64,000 bases of DNA from Acidobacteriaceae bacterium (lineage in GTDB: Bacteria > Acidobacteriota > Terriglobia > Terriglobales > Acidobacteriaceae), in NCBI GenBank assembly GCA_036498865.1, contig DASYEU010000015.1, positions 8,918 through 72,917 of the forward strand, in the 5' to 3' direction. How positions within the stretch are numbered: the first letter of the stretch is position 1; each line of letters opens with the position of its first letter. Below, piece after piece: positions 56,745-64,000 of the stretch. The notes beneath the pieces are model-generated. The model did no database searches. It was given only the letters and a program-made list of their open reading frames with translations, and was not told where the DNA came from. The position numbers and the translations under genes are program-made.

Positions 56745-57566
56745 ATGATTCCTTTTGTGAAGGCGCATGCGTGCGGAAATGACTTTCTGATCCTCGAAGA
56801 GAGCGTTGCAGGACGTGCGCATGCGGCGCTGGCGAGAAAACTGTGCTCGCGGAATACGAGCATTGGTGCGGACGGGATCGAGTTTCTGGAACGGCGCGCG
56901 AATGGAGAGTTCTTTCTGCGGTTGTTCAATGCGGACGGAAGCGAGGCGGAGCTCTCAGGCAACGGCACGAGGTGCGTGGCAGCGTGGCTGGCGCAGAGTG
57001 AGGGACTGCAGGAAGTTGCGCTGGGAACGCACGGCGGTGTGCGAAGGTGCAAGGTGATTCTGAAGGAGCGCGAGACGCCTTGGTGGATCGAGAGCGGTAT
57101 GGGCGTGCCGCGCGTGATGCCGCGGAAGATCGAGATTGCGGGTGTCGCGGGGGTGATCGACGGCGCGATGGTGAATGTGGGGAATCCGCACTACGTTCTC
57201 TTTGTGGAGAACGAGGATTTCAGTTCTCACGGAATGACCTGGCAGGAGTTGGGAGCAAAGATTGCAGTCGATCCTCTATTCAAGTTTGGTACGAACGTGG
57301 AGTTTGTGCGTGTACTGAAAGAAGATGAGATTGCCTTTCGCATCTTTGAGCGTGGCTGCGGGCCGACCACTTCTTCGGGAACAGGAACGTGTGCCTCAAG
57401 CGCGGCTGCGATGACGCTGCGTGGCATTGCGCGCAAGTTGAAGGCATTGGCGGAAGGTGGAGAGCAAGGTGTGGAGTGGCCCGACGCCGAGAGCGAGATG
57501 ATGCTGACGGGGCCGGCGGAGATTATCTGCCAGGGCGAGGCGGAGGTTCAGTTTGACTTGCTTTAG
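56745..57566 (+). CDS. dapF: Diaminopimelate epimerase
   Basis: MIPFVKAHACGNDFLIL, NADGSEAELSGNGTRC, ERGCGPTTSSGTGTCA. Confidence 0.92.
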   Translation: MIPFVKAHACGNDFLILEESVAGRAHAALARKLCSRNTSIGADGIEFLERRANGEFFLRLFNADGSEAELSGNGTRCVAAWLAQSEGLQEVALGTHGGVRRCKVILKERETPWWIESGMGVPRVMPRKIEIAGVAGVIDGAMVNVGNPHYVLFVENEDFSSHGMTWQELGAKIAVDPLFKFGTNVEFVRVLKEDEIAFRIFERGCGPTTSSGTGTCASSAAAMTLRGIARKLKALAEGGEQGVEWPDAESEMMLTGPAEIICQGEAEVQFDLL

Positions 57567-58500
57567 TGCGCCGCTGAAGCGCGGTAGTTGCGTGGCTGTG
57601 GTGTCGCCGGCGAGTGCGGCGAAGGCGGAGTTGGTGCATGCGGGAATCGCGCATCTGCATGAGTTGGGATATCGAACGAAGCTTGCGCCGCATGCGTTGA
57701 GTCGCGGGCCGCTGTACTACGCAGGGACGGCCGAGCAGCGAGCGAGCGACCTGATGGCGGCATTTGCGGATCCCGAAGTGGATGGAATTCTGTGCTCGCG
57801 CGGCGGATGGGGCTCCGCGGAGTTGTTGCCGATGCTGGACGCGGGCGTGATTCGGACGAACCCCAAAGTGTTTGTCGGGTACAGCGACCACACTTCGCTG
57901 CATGTGTGGCTGGCGCGCGAGTGCGGGCTTGTGACTTTCTATGCGCCGATGGTTGCGGCGGATTTTGCGCGGTCAAATGGGGTTGATGCAGCGAGTTGGT
58001 CGCATGCGCTGGGCGGCGATTCAAGCTGGTCGCTGGGCGCGGCCGACGGGCTGCGTGTGATGCGTGCAGGAGTAGCGGCAGGAACGCTCGCGGGTGGATG
58101 CATCTCGATCTTTGCGCAGTCGCTGGGAACTCCGTATGCGCCGCTGGCGGCGAGCGCAGATGCTCCGCGGGTGCTGTTCCTCGAAGATATCGGGACGAAG
58201 CCATACCAGTGGGATCGCATTCTTCTGCATCTGCAGTATGCCGGGATGCTGGAGCATGTCGGTGGCATCGTGTTCGGGGATATGAAGCAGTGCGTTGGGC
58301 CGGAGGATGAGGCGCTGCTGGAGTCGGCGATTCTGCATCGGTTGCGGGATTTTGCCGGGCCCATTGCGATTGGGTTGCGATCGGGGCATGTGGATTCGCC
58401 GAACATAACGCTGCCGCTGGGTGTGCGAGTGCGGCTCGATTTGCGCGTAGCGGAGAGTCCGCGACTGGAGTTTCTGGAAGCTGCGGCGAAGAAGCAGTGA
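57553..58500 (+). CDS. ldcA: LD-carboxypeptidase (S66, muramoyltetrapeptide carboxypeptidase)
   Basis: LKRGSCVAVVSPAS, ILCSRGGWGSAELL, FVGYSDHTSLH, GLRSGH. TTG start overlaps the dapF end by 14 nt. Confidence 0.85.
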   Translation: MTCFSAPLKRGSCVAVVSPASAAKAELVHAGIAHLHELGYRTKLAPHALSRGPLYYAGTAEQRASDLMAAFADPEVDGILCSRGGWGSAELLPMLDAGVIRTNPKVFVGYSDHTSLHVWLARECGLVTFYAPMVAADFARSNGVDAASWSHALGGDSSWSLGAADGLRVMRAGVAAGTLAGGCISIFAQSLGTPYAPLAASADAPRVLFLEDIGTKPYQWDRILLHLQYAGMLEHVGGIVFGDMKQCVGPEDEALLESAILHRLRDFAGPIAIGLRSGHVDSPNITLPLGVRVRLDLRVAESPRLEFLEAAAKKQ

Positions 58501-58537
58501 TATGTGGTCAGAGTAAGCGGTAAGAGCGGAGCACGGT

Positions 58538-59956
58538 TTGGCGAAGCATATTCATCTGATTGGGATTTGTGGGACGGCGATGGCGTCGTTGGCTGGGATG
58601 TTGCAGGCGCGTGGGCATCGCGTGACGGGATCGGATGCAGCCGCGTATCCACCGATGAGCGATGTGCTGGCAGCGCTGGGGATTGAACTGCATCAGCCTT
58701 ACGCGGAGGCTAACCTGACGCCGCGACCTGATTTGGTGATTGTGGGCAACGCAATCTCGCGCGGGAACGTCGAGCTGGAGTATGTACTGGACACGCGGAT
58801 TCCGTTCACGTCTATGGCGGCGGTACTGCACGATGAGTTTCTGGAGGGGCGCGAGTCGCTGGTGGTCGCGGGGACGCATGGCAAAACGACCACGACCAGC
58901 ATGCTCGCCTGGATTTATGAGGTCGCGTCGCGGGCGCAAGCAGAGTGGGCGCCGTCGTTCCTGATTGGCGGCGTGGCGGAGAACTTCGGGACGAGCTTTA
59001 TAGTGCGGGCGGGAACGCGGCCCTTCATTCTGGAAGGGGACGAGTACGACACGGCGTTCTTCGATAAAGGCCCGAAGTTTCTGCATTATTTCCCGGACGC
59101 GGCGATTCTGACGCATGTGGAGTTCGATCATGCGGATATCTATCCGGACCTGGCGGCGGTGAAGACCGCGTTCAAGCGGCTGGTGAACCTGATTCCGAGG
59201 CGCGGGCGCGTGGTGGCGTTCGACGGCAGCGAGAACGTGAGCGAGTGTGTGACGAAGGCGTTCTGCGCGGTGGAACGCTATGGGTTCGGGCTGGAGTCGC
59301 ACTGGCGCGTGACTGCGATGCGGCATGAGGGCGGTGTTACGTACTGGACGCTGCTGCGCGGCGGCGAGCCGTTTGCGGAATTGCGCCTGCCAATGGCCGG
59401 CGAACATAATGCTCTGAACGCAACGGCCGCGGCAGCGCTGGCGGCGGGGCAAGGCGTTCCCGTCGGAGCGATTGTTGAGGCTCTTGCGACGTTCCGGTCC
59501 GTGAAGCGGCGGTTGGAGGTGCGGGCCGAGGTTGGCGGCGTGACGATCATTGACGACTTCGCGCACCATCCTACGGCGATTCGAGAGACGTTGCGAGCGC
59601 TACGAACGGCATATGCTGGACGCAGGCTGTGGGCGGTGCTGGAACCGCGGTCGAATACGCTGCGGCGCAATGTGTTCGAAGAGGCGCTGGTCGATAGCCT
59701 GGCCTTGGCGGATCGCAGCGTTCTGGCGAGTGTGTTCAAGTCGGAGGCAATTCCGGCTGCGGAGCGGCTGCATCCGGAGAACGTGGTTGCGTCGTTGCGG
59801 GCGCGAGGACTCGAGTCGGCTGTATATGCGGACGCGGACGCGATTGTGGCGGCGATTGTGCCGGAGTTGCGTAGCGGAGATGTGGTGGTGATTCTGTCGA
59901 ACGGTGGGTTCGGTGGGATTTATGAAAAGCTGCCGAAGGCACTTGGGAAGGCGTGA
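58538..59956 (+). CDS. mpl: UDP-N-acetylmuramate:L-alanyl-gamma-D-glutamyl-meso-DAP ligase
   Basis: HIHLIGICGTAMASLAGMLQARGHRVTGSD, AGTHGKTTTTSM, DDFAHHPTAI. Confidence 0.9.
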   Translation: MAKHIHLIGICGTAMASLAGMLQARGHRVTGSDAAAYPPMSDVLAALGIELHQPYAEANLTPRPDLVIVGNAISRGNVELEYVLDTRIPFTSMAAVLHDEFLEGRESLVVAGTHGKTTTTSMLAWIYEVASRAQAEWAPSFLIGGVAENFGTSFIVRAGTRPFILEGDEYDTAFFDKGPKFLHYFPDAAILTHVEFDHADIYPDLAAVKTAFKRLVNLIPRRGRVVAFDGSENVSECVTKAFCAVERYGFGLESHWRVTAMRHEGGVTYWTLLRGGEPFAELRLPMAGEHNALNATAAAALAAGQGVPVGAIVEALATFRSVKRRLEVRAEVGGVTIIDDFAHHPTAIRETLRALRTAYAGRRLWAVLEPRSNTLRRNVFEEALVDSLALADRSVLASVFKSEAIPAAERLHPENVVASLRARGLESAVYADADAIVAAIVPELRSGDVVVILSNGGFGGIYEKLPKALGKA

Positions 59957-59974
59957 CGGTCGGCTGACAGCTGG

Positions 59975-61054
59975 CTAGCAGGTGACGCCGAGGGCGGACT
60001 CGATGGCTTCGGCTACGCCGTCGTTGGTGTTGGGGCGGCCGATGCGCCAGTTGCGGGAGCGGGCGAGGACTTTGAGGTCTTCGGGGGCGTTGTCCATGAG
60101 GACTGCGGAGCCGGCGATTTCGAGCATGGAGACATCGTTCCAGTTATCGCCGATGGCGAGGATCTGAGATGGGTCGATGCCCTGGGCGGCGGCAAGGGTG
60201 AGAATCGCAGCGCCTTTGGAACAGCCGGCGGGAAGAATGTCGAGGATCGAGAGGTCGCGCGCGGGGTACTCGGTGCGGTGGAGGGTGATGATGGGTTCCG
60301 GTGTCGCCGAAGAGAAATGTGGGGGTTCCTCCACTCCGAAGGCTGCTCCGCCTCCAGTCGGAATGACGAGGTTTTGGGGTGATCCGGCGGACGGGATGAC
60401 GGAAGCTGGGGAAATGCCATCGGCGTTCATGGTGCGGCCGGAACGGCCGGACGGGTGCCCGGAGGCGGAGATGCCGGGGTGCTCGAGGAGGCGGGCTTCT
60501 GCGCGGGCCATGCGGTCGATGGTGCCGCAGAGCATGGCTTGGATCGGGGCGTCGTAGTTGGTGCCGTCGTCGGTCAGGGCGGATTCGATTGGGTTGATGT
60601 GGGCGATGTAGGGTTCGTTGGCGGCCATCCAGCGACCGATGCTGGCGTTCAGTTCGTCGAGGTGTTCGACGACCAGTGCGCCGCGGGTGTCGTCGCCGTC
60701 GGGGCCGACGCGGTCGAAGGTGAGGACGAGGGCGTTGCGGAACTCGTCGATGTGCTCGCAGAGCCATAGTGCGGTGGCATGCGGAAGGTGAGTTCGGGCA
60801 ATGAGCTCGGAGGCGATTGGATCGGGGCCGTTTGAGCCGAGGGTTCGGGTGACTGTGCCATTCGAGCTGACCAGGATACTGGCGTGGTGAAGGCCGAGTG
60901 GTCGCAGGACACGCATGGCGTAGGAGTGGCGGCGACCGGTGGCGACGACGACTTCGATCCCGGCGGCTTCGGCGGCGAGCAGGGCGGCAAGATTGCGCGG
61001 ACTGACGCGCCCGTCGTCGCCGAGGAGGGTCCCGTCCATGTCGATGGCGATCAT
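59975..61054 (-). CDS. Cof-type HAD-IIB phosphatase carrying a low-complexity insertion of about 60 aa
   Basis: MIAIDMDGTLL, VVVATGR, SKGAAILTLA, AIGDNWNDVSMLEIAG. Residues about 193-255 (GISASGHPSGRSG...LVIPTGGGAAFGVEEPPHFSSATPEP) look inserted. Confidence 0.8.
   Translation of the reverse strand: MIAIDMDGTLLGDDGRVSPRNLAALLAAEAAGIEVVVATGRRHSYAMRVLRPLGLHHASILVSSNGTVTRTLGSNGPDPIASELIARTHLPHATALWLCEHIDEFRNALVLTFDRVGPDGDDTRGALVVEHLDELNASIGRWMAANEPYIAHINPIESALTDDGTNYDAPIQAMLCGTIDRMARAEARLLEHPGISASGHPSGRSGRTMNADGISPASVIPSAGSPQNLVIPTGGGAAFGVEEPPHFSSATPEPIITLHRTEYPARDLSILDILPAGCSKGAAILTLAAAQGIDPSQILAIGDNWNDVSMLEIAGSAVLMDNAPEDLKVLARSRNWRIGRPNTNDGVAEAIESALGVTC
60313..60368. repeat. Interspersed repeat family 1-like element, copy C, inside the Cof HAD coding sequence
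   Basis: Minus strand: CGTCATTCCGACTggaggcggagcagccttcggagtggaggaacccCCACATTTCT. The head matches copies A and B at 12 of 13 positions, and the tail CCACATTTCT resembles CCGCATTTGC. A degenerate second head (CCGTCATCCCGTC) lies about 33 nt upstream. Confidence 0.5.
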
Positions 61055-61091
61055 GCGGGCGGCGCTGGTTTTGGGTGCGGTCTGCAGGATA

Positions 61092-61155
61092 CCCCTCCGT
61101 ACTTAGGATCTAAAGTATTGTTTATAAAATGGTTAGGTCCAAGACTAACGGACCT
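61092..61155. repeat. Interspersed repeat family 2, copy 2
   Basis: See 23422-23490. Ends in hairpin GGTCC-aagactaac-GGACC. Confidence 0.6.
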
Positions 61156-61536
61156 GCCGAAGGAAACATACGCCAATCTGCGCTCATTTCTACTTCTTCA
61201 TTATATCGGTTCGGCCACAACTGTCAGGACTACTCAGAGAGCGTCTGGATTGCGTAAGTGACAGATACAGAAAAAGTTGTGAGGTGAAGAGTATTTATCG
61301 AGGGAGCCAAGGAGCGTGACACAATTCCGCGGCGGAGTCTGAGACACACCACGCATTTGTTCCCTGTGCAACGTAAGAACTTCCACTGAGGAGGACTGGA
61401 GCCGCAGGTTGTTTCTGTGGAAACTAATTAGATTCAGTGGGTTGCAACGGTGTCGACATGGCATTCGGCATGCTTCTGGTGAGAGTGCGAGGTGCAGGAC
61501 ATGCGATGCGTTGTTCACTTGCGAAGATCGTTCGAT

Positions 61537-61797
61537 ATGGGCGGACAGCACTTCGTTCTTCGGGTGTACCCACAGTTCCGGTGGGAGGAGCGGCGGTCCG
61601 AGAACTTTACCCGATCGGAGTTGCTGGTGGAGCGGTTGGCTGAGCTGGGCGTGCCGCGCATGGATCCGGGCAGAAGTTTTCCGGAGGCGGGCGGGACCCT
61701 GGACGCGGTGTGGACGAATGTCGAGGTGCCTGAATCGACGCTGGATGGGTTTGGCCGGAGCCGGGCGATGGGTGGGGCGAGGTCGGTAGCGGCTTAG
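61537..61797 (+). CDS. Small hypothetical protein (86 aa)
   Basis: MGGQHFVLRVYPQFRWEERRSENFTRSELLVERLAELGVPRMDP... Strong G/C bias at third codon positions, unlike the about 380 bp upstream. No recognisable family. Confidence 0.45.
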   Translation: MGGQHFVLRVYPQFRWEERRSENFTRSELLVERLAELGVPRMDPGRSFPEAGGTLDAVWTNVEVPESTLDGFGRSRAMGGARSVAA

Positions 61798-61870
61798 GCG
61801 GCTGGGTAGAGCTGATCACACGGAACAAAGAGAAAACGCGACGCACAGGTTTTTGGGCGATTCGGGTTAA

Positions 61871-61890
61871 ATGCAACCTATTGGTTGCGT
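61871..61890. promoter_or_regulatory. Operator-like palindrome 1: ATGCAACC-tatt-GGTTGCGT
   Basis: Perfect GCAACC/GGTTGC arms. The 8-nt flanks are identical to the second copy 41 bp downstream. Confidence 0.6.
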
Positions 61891-61911
61891 CGTTTAGTCG
61901 GCGCGCATAAT

Positions 61912-61931
61912 ATGCAACCTGGAGGTTGCGT
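61912..61931. promoter_or_regulatory. Operator-like palindrome 2: ATGCAACC-tgga-GGTTGCGT, overlapping the RBS of the SRPBCC gene
   Basis: Ends 2 nt before ATG 61934. The central tggagg doubles as a Shine-Dalgarno-like sequence. Confidence 0.6.
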
Positions 61932-61933
61932 TT

Positions 61934-62386
61934 ATGGCGAGCGATCGAATTGAGAAGCAGATCGAGTTGAAGGCACCGGTGGAGCGGGTGTGGCGGGCGC
62001 TGACGGATTATCGCGAGTTTGGCGAGTGGTTTCGGGTGAGGCTGGAGGGGCCGTTTGTGGTGGGGCAGACGGCGCGAGGAAATATCACGTGGCCGGGCTA
62101 TGAGCACCTGGTGTGGGAAGCCGTGGTGCAGGCAATCGAACCGCAGAGGCTGTTCTCGTTCACGTGGCACCCCTATGCGGTGGATCCAAAGGCCGACTAC
62201 TCGAAGGAGACGTCGACTCTGGTGGAGTTTCGGCTGGAGCCGATGGAGGGCGGGACACGGCTGCGGCTCACGGAGTCTGGGTTCGATAAGGTACCGGCGG
62301 CGCGGCGGGACGAGGCGTTTCTGCGGAATGACGGTGGATGGACGCAACAGATGAAGAACATCGAGAGCCATGTTGCGCAAGGTTAG
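61934..62386 (+). CDS. SRPBCC/AHSA1-family (START-like) protein
   Basis: IEKQIELKAPVERVWRALTDYREFGEWF, RLFSFTWHP, TRLRLTESGF. Confidence 0.85.
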   Translation: MASDRIEKQIELKAPVERVWRALTDYREFGEWFRVRLEGPFVVGQTARGNITWPGYEHLVWEAVVQAIEPQRLFSFTWHPYAVDPKADYSKETSTLVEFRLEPMEGGTRLRLTESGFDKVPAARRDEAFLRNDGGWTQQMKNIESHVAQG

Positions 62387-62705
62387 AGGCGGACCTGCGA
62401 ATCGCGCTCACGTGTTCGCCGCGCTGGGGGACGAGACACGGCTTGCCCTGGTGATGAGGCTCTGCGGCGGCGAGTCTCGGTCGATCTCTGAACTCGCGGA
62501 AGGGTCGACGCTGACGCGGCAGGCGGTGACGAAGCATCTTCGCGTGCTGGAGAGGGTAGGACTGGTGCGTTGCGTTCGCGCGGGGCGGGAGAGGCACTTC
62601 GAGTTCAACCCGGGGCCCGTGGGACAGATGAAGGAGTACCTGGACTTCGTTTCAGCGAAGTGGGATGAGGCGTTGGGGAGGTTGAAGGTGTTTGTGGAAG
62701 GGTGA
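62370..62705 (+). CDS. ArsR/SmtB-family transcriptional regulator
   Basis: VFAALGDETRLALVMRLCGGESRSISELAEGSTLTRQAVTKHLRVLERVGLV. Overlaps the SRPBCC gene by 17 nt. Confidence 0.88.
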   Translation: MLRKVRGGPANRAHVFAALGDETRLALVMRLCGGESRSISELAEGSTLTRQAVTKHLRVLERVGLVRCVRAGRERHFEFNPGPVGQMKEYLDFVSAKWDEALGRLKVFVEG

Positions 62706-62789
62706 GGGACTCCGTGATCTCGTTGAGGAAAAAGCGAATCACGGAGATTGTGGAGGAGAAGAGACGCACGGAGGGTTTCGGCGCGAGGG

Positions 62790-62809
62790 AATAGGGGCTG
62801 CGCCCTATT
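62790..62809. terminator. Possible bidirectional terminator hairpin AATAGGG-gctgcg-CCCTATT
   Basis: 7-bp stem between convergent arsR and the minus-strand gene. Followed by T on the plus strand. Overlaps the TAG stop at 62805-62807. Confidence 0.3.
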
Positions 62810-63224
62810 TGGGAGCGTTTGCGCCGTCGGGGTCTCCGCCTAGCAGGCCTTTCACCAGATCGCCGGGGGTGACATTGACGGGCTTGAATTTCTTCGGGGA
62901 TGGTTTCCAGTCGGTCTGATCGACGTGGAAGGTGATGGAGTCGACGTCTGTGTCGGCGAGCGCAACCGTGGTGGTGTCCGAGCCGTACTTGCGGAGGATT
63001 TCGGGGTTGGGAACGCCTCCACCCATGAAGTTGCTGCTGGGGCCGTCGTTGCGGCCATCGGCGGCGTCAGCGACGGTGAGGGTGTACGTGACATTGCCGG
63101 GCAGGTCTTCGAAATGGAAGCTGCCGTCGTCGCGGATGGCGGTCATGGCATGGAGGGCCGGGCTGTCTTTCACGGTCAGGTTGACGCGACCGACGTTGAG
63201 AGTATGTCCGTCCGACTTCGCCAC
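62805..63224 (-). CDS. C-terminal fragment (or separate small gene) of a CarboxypepD_reg-like secreted protein
   Basis: GTG start, no signal peptide. VNLTVKDSPALHAMTAIRDDGSFHFEDLPGNVTYTLTV is CarboxypepD_reg-like. It is in the same frame as 63252..63968, but the intervening about 110 nt codes best in another frame. Confidence 0.5.
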   Translation of the reverse strand: MAKSDGHTLNVGRVNLTVKDSPALHAMTAIRDDGSFHFEDLPGNVTYTLTVADAADGRNDGPSSNFMGGGVPNPEILRKYGSDTTTVALADTDVDSITFHVDQTDWKPSPKKFKPVNVTPGDLVKGLLGGDPDGANAPK

Positions 63225-63251
63225 GACTTGATGGATCGGGCTTCGGCGCGG

Positions 63252-63968
63252 CTAAACGTATCGCCGGAGTAGACGACGAGGCTGATGCCGGGGCCGCCAT
63301 CGCCCATGTTGGCTGCGCTGATCTGCGGAGGATTTCGGCTTGATGGCGGTTAGAGTCCAGCCGACGGCAGGACTGCCGTCGTCGTAGAGGACGCGTCCGC
63401 TGAGTGCGGCGCCGTGCTCGAGCCGGAGTTCAGCGTGACCTGTGTCGGTGCCGAAGACGGTGACGGTGGGAATCTGTGCGATGCGGGCGCGGATGGCGGG
63501 GTCAGCGCTGGCAAAATCTTCGTCCGTGAACTGGCTGTAGGCATCAACGTAGCCGGGGAAGACGGCGTGCACGTAGTACGTTCCGGGTTTGACGCCGGCG
63601 AAGGTATAGGAGCCGTCGAGGCCGACAGTGGAGGCATTGAGGAAGTCGGTGACCTCGTCCATGCCTTTGGAGGCGGCAGCCAGTGCGCGTTTCTGCTCGT
63701 CAGTTTGCGGCTTGGCCGGTTGGCCGGATTTGGCGGCGTTCTTCGTGATGGTGTCGGTAATGCTCTTCATCATGTCTTGGCCGGCATGGGTGGGCGTTGT
63801 GGACTTGAGGAGCACCTTGGCGAAGCGCGCGGGAGCATTGGTGTCGGCACAGTAGACGTGACCGCTGACAGTGCTGCCGACGACATACGGCGTCTGCTGG
63901 GAAGAAAGGTAGAGGCTGAGAGACAGGAGGGCAGGCAGAAGGAGAGTAGAACGCGAGGCAGGGCTCAT
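63252..63968 (-). CDS. CarboxypepD_reg-like secreted protein, probably truncated by frameshift
   Basis: Signal peptide MSPASRSTLLLPALLSLSLYLSS. VSGHVYCADTNAPARFAKVLL and LSGRVLYDDGSPAVGWTLTAI repeats. The last about 27 aa (SSADQRSQHGRWRPRHQPRRLLRRYV) are Arg-rich and have low GC3. Confidence 0.6.
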   Translation of the reverse strand: MSPASRSTLLLPALLSLSLYLSSQQTPYVVGSTVSGHVYCADTNAPARFAKVLLKSTTPTHAGQDMMKSITDTITKNAAKSGQPAKPQTDEQKRALAAASKGMDEVTDFLNASTVGLDGSYTFAGVKPGTYYVHAVFPGYVDAYSQFTDEDFASADPAIRARIAQIPTVTVFGTDTGHAELRLEHGAALSGRVLYDDGSPAVGWTLTAIKPKSSADQRSQHGRWRPRHQPRRLLRRYV

Positions 63969-64000
63969 CAGTGCGACCTCAGAAGAGTCTGAATGTGACA

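Noticed and set aside
61234-61551. 105-aa minus-strand ORF and 126-aa plus-strand ORF in the low-GC spacer.
   Set aside because: Cys/Arg/His-rich translations with no GC3 bias and no RBS. They are probably chance ORFs.
62710-62746. Inverted repeat CTCCGTGAT-19 nt-ATCACGGAG, plus a third CACGGAG at about 62767, after the arsR stop; considered as another operator or repeat family.
   Set aside because: There is only one locus in the window, no second copy to define a family, and it lies downstream of the operon. Noted here but not interpretable.

Overview
High-GC bacterial chromosome segment. Gene content and short interspersed repeats suggest Acidobacteriota (Terriglobia-like), but this is inference only. 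The window is densely coding and mostly core or housekeeping genes.

Recognised genes include ftsZ, recA, coaD, kdsB, ribF, dapF-ldcA-mpl, mrcA-like PBP1A, MTA phosphorylase, GDP-mannose genes and one tRNA(CAU).

Less ordinary content:
- A giant lipoprotein (about 1707 aa) that fuses NHL-like propeller repeats and choice-of-anchor-D domains to a PL4-type rhamnogalacturonan lyase.
- A lower-GC block directly after the tRNA, encoding a four-PAS histidine kinase, a CheY and a CheY-GGDEF.
- A translationally coupled triad: transglutaminase/DUF2126, a circularly permuted ATP-grasp fused to alpha-E, and a second transglutaminase. This is a computationally predicted amidoligase or peptide-tagging system with no function known to me, and is the best candidate for an under-described system here.
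- An S41 (Ctp-like) peptidase homologue that has lost the catalytic Ser and Lys, next to PBP1A.
- Two ArsR-SRPBCC modules with clear palindromic operators.
- At least three families of short hairpin-containing interspersed repeats. One appears to sit in frame inside a Cof-type HAD gene.
- A probably frameshifted CarboxypepD_reg-like gene at the right edge.

A truncated M48 peptidase gene at the left edge (1..1618, minus) is missing from the ORF track and was found by hand translation.

No CRISPR array, transposase, integrase or rRNA was seen. All family calls rest on motif recognition by eye. No searches were run, and start codons are often uncertain.
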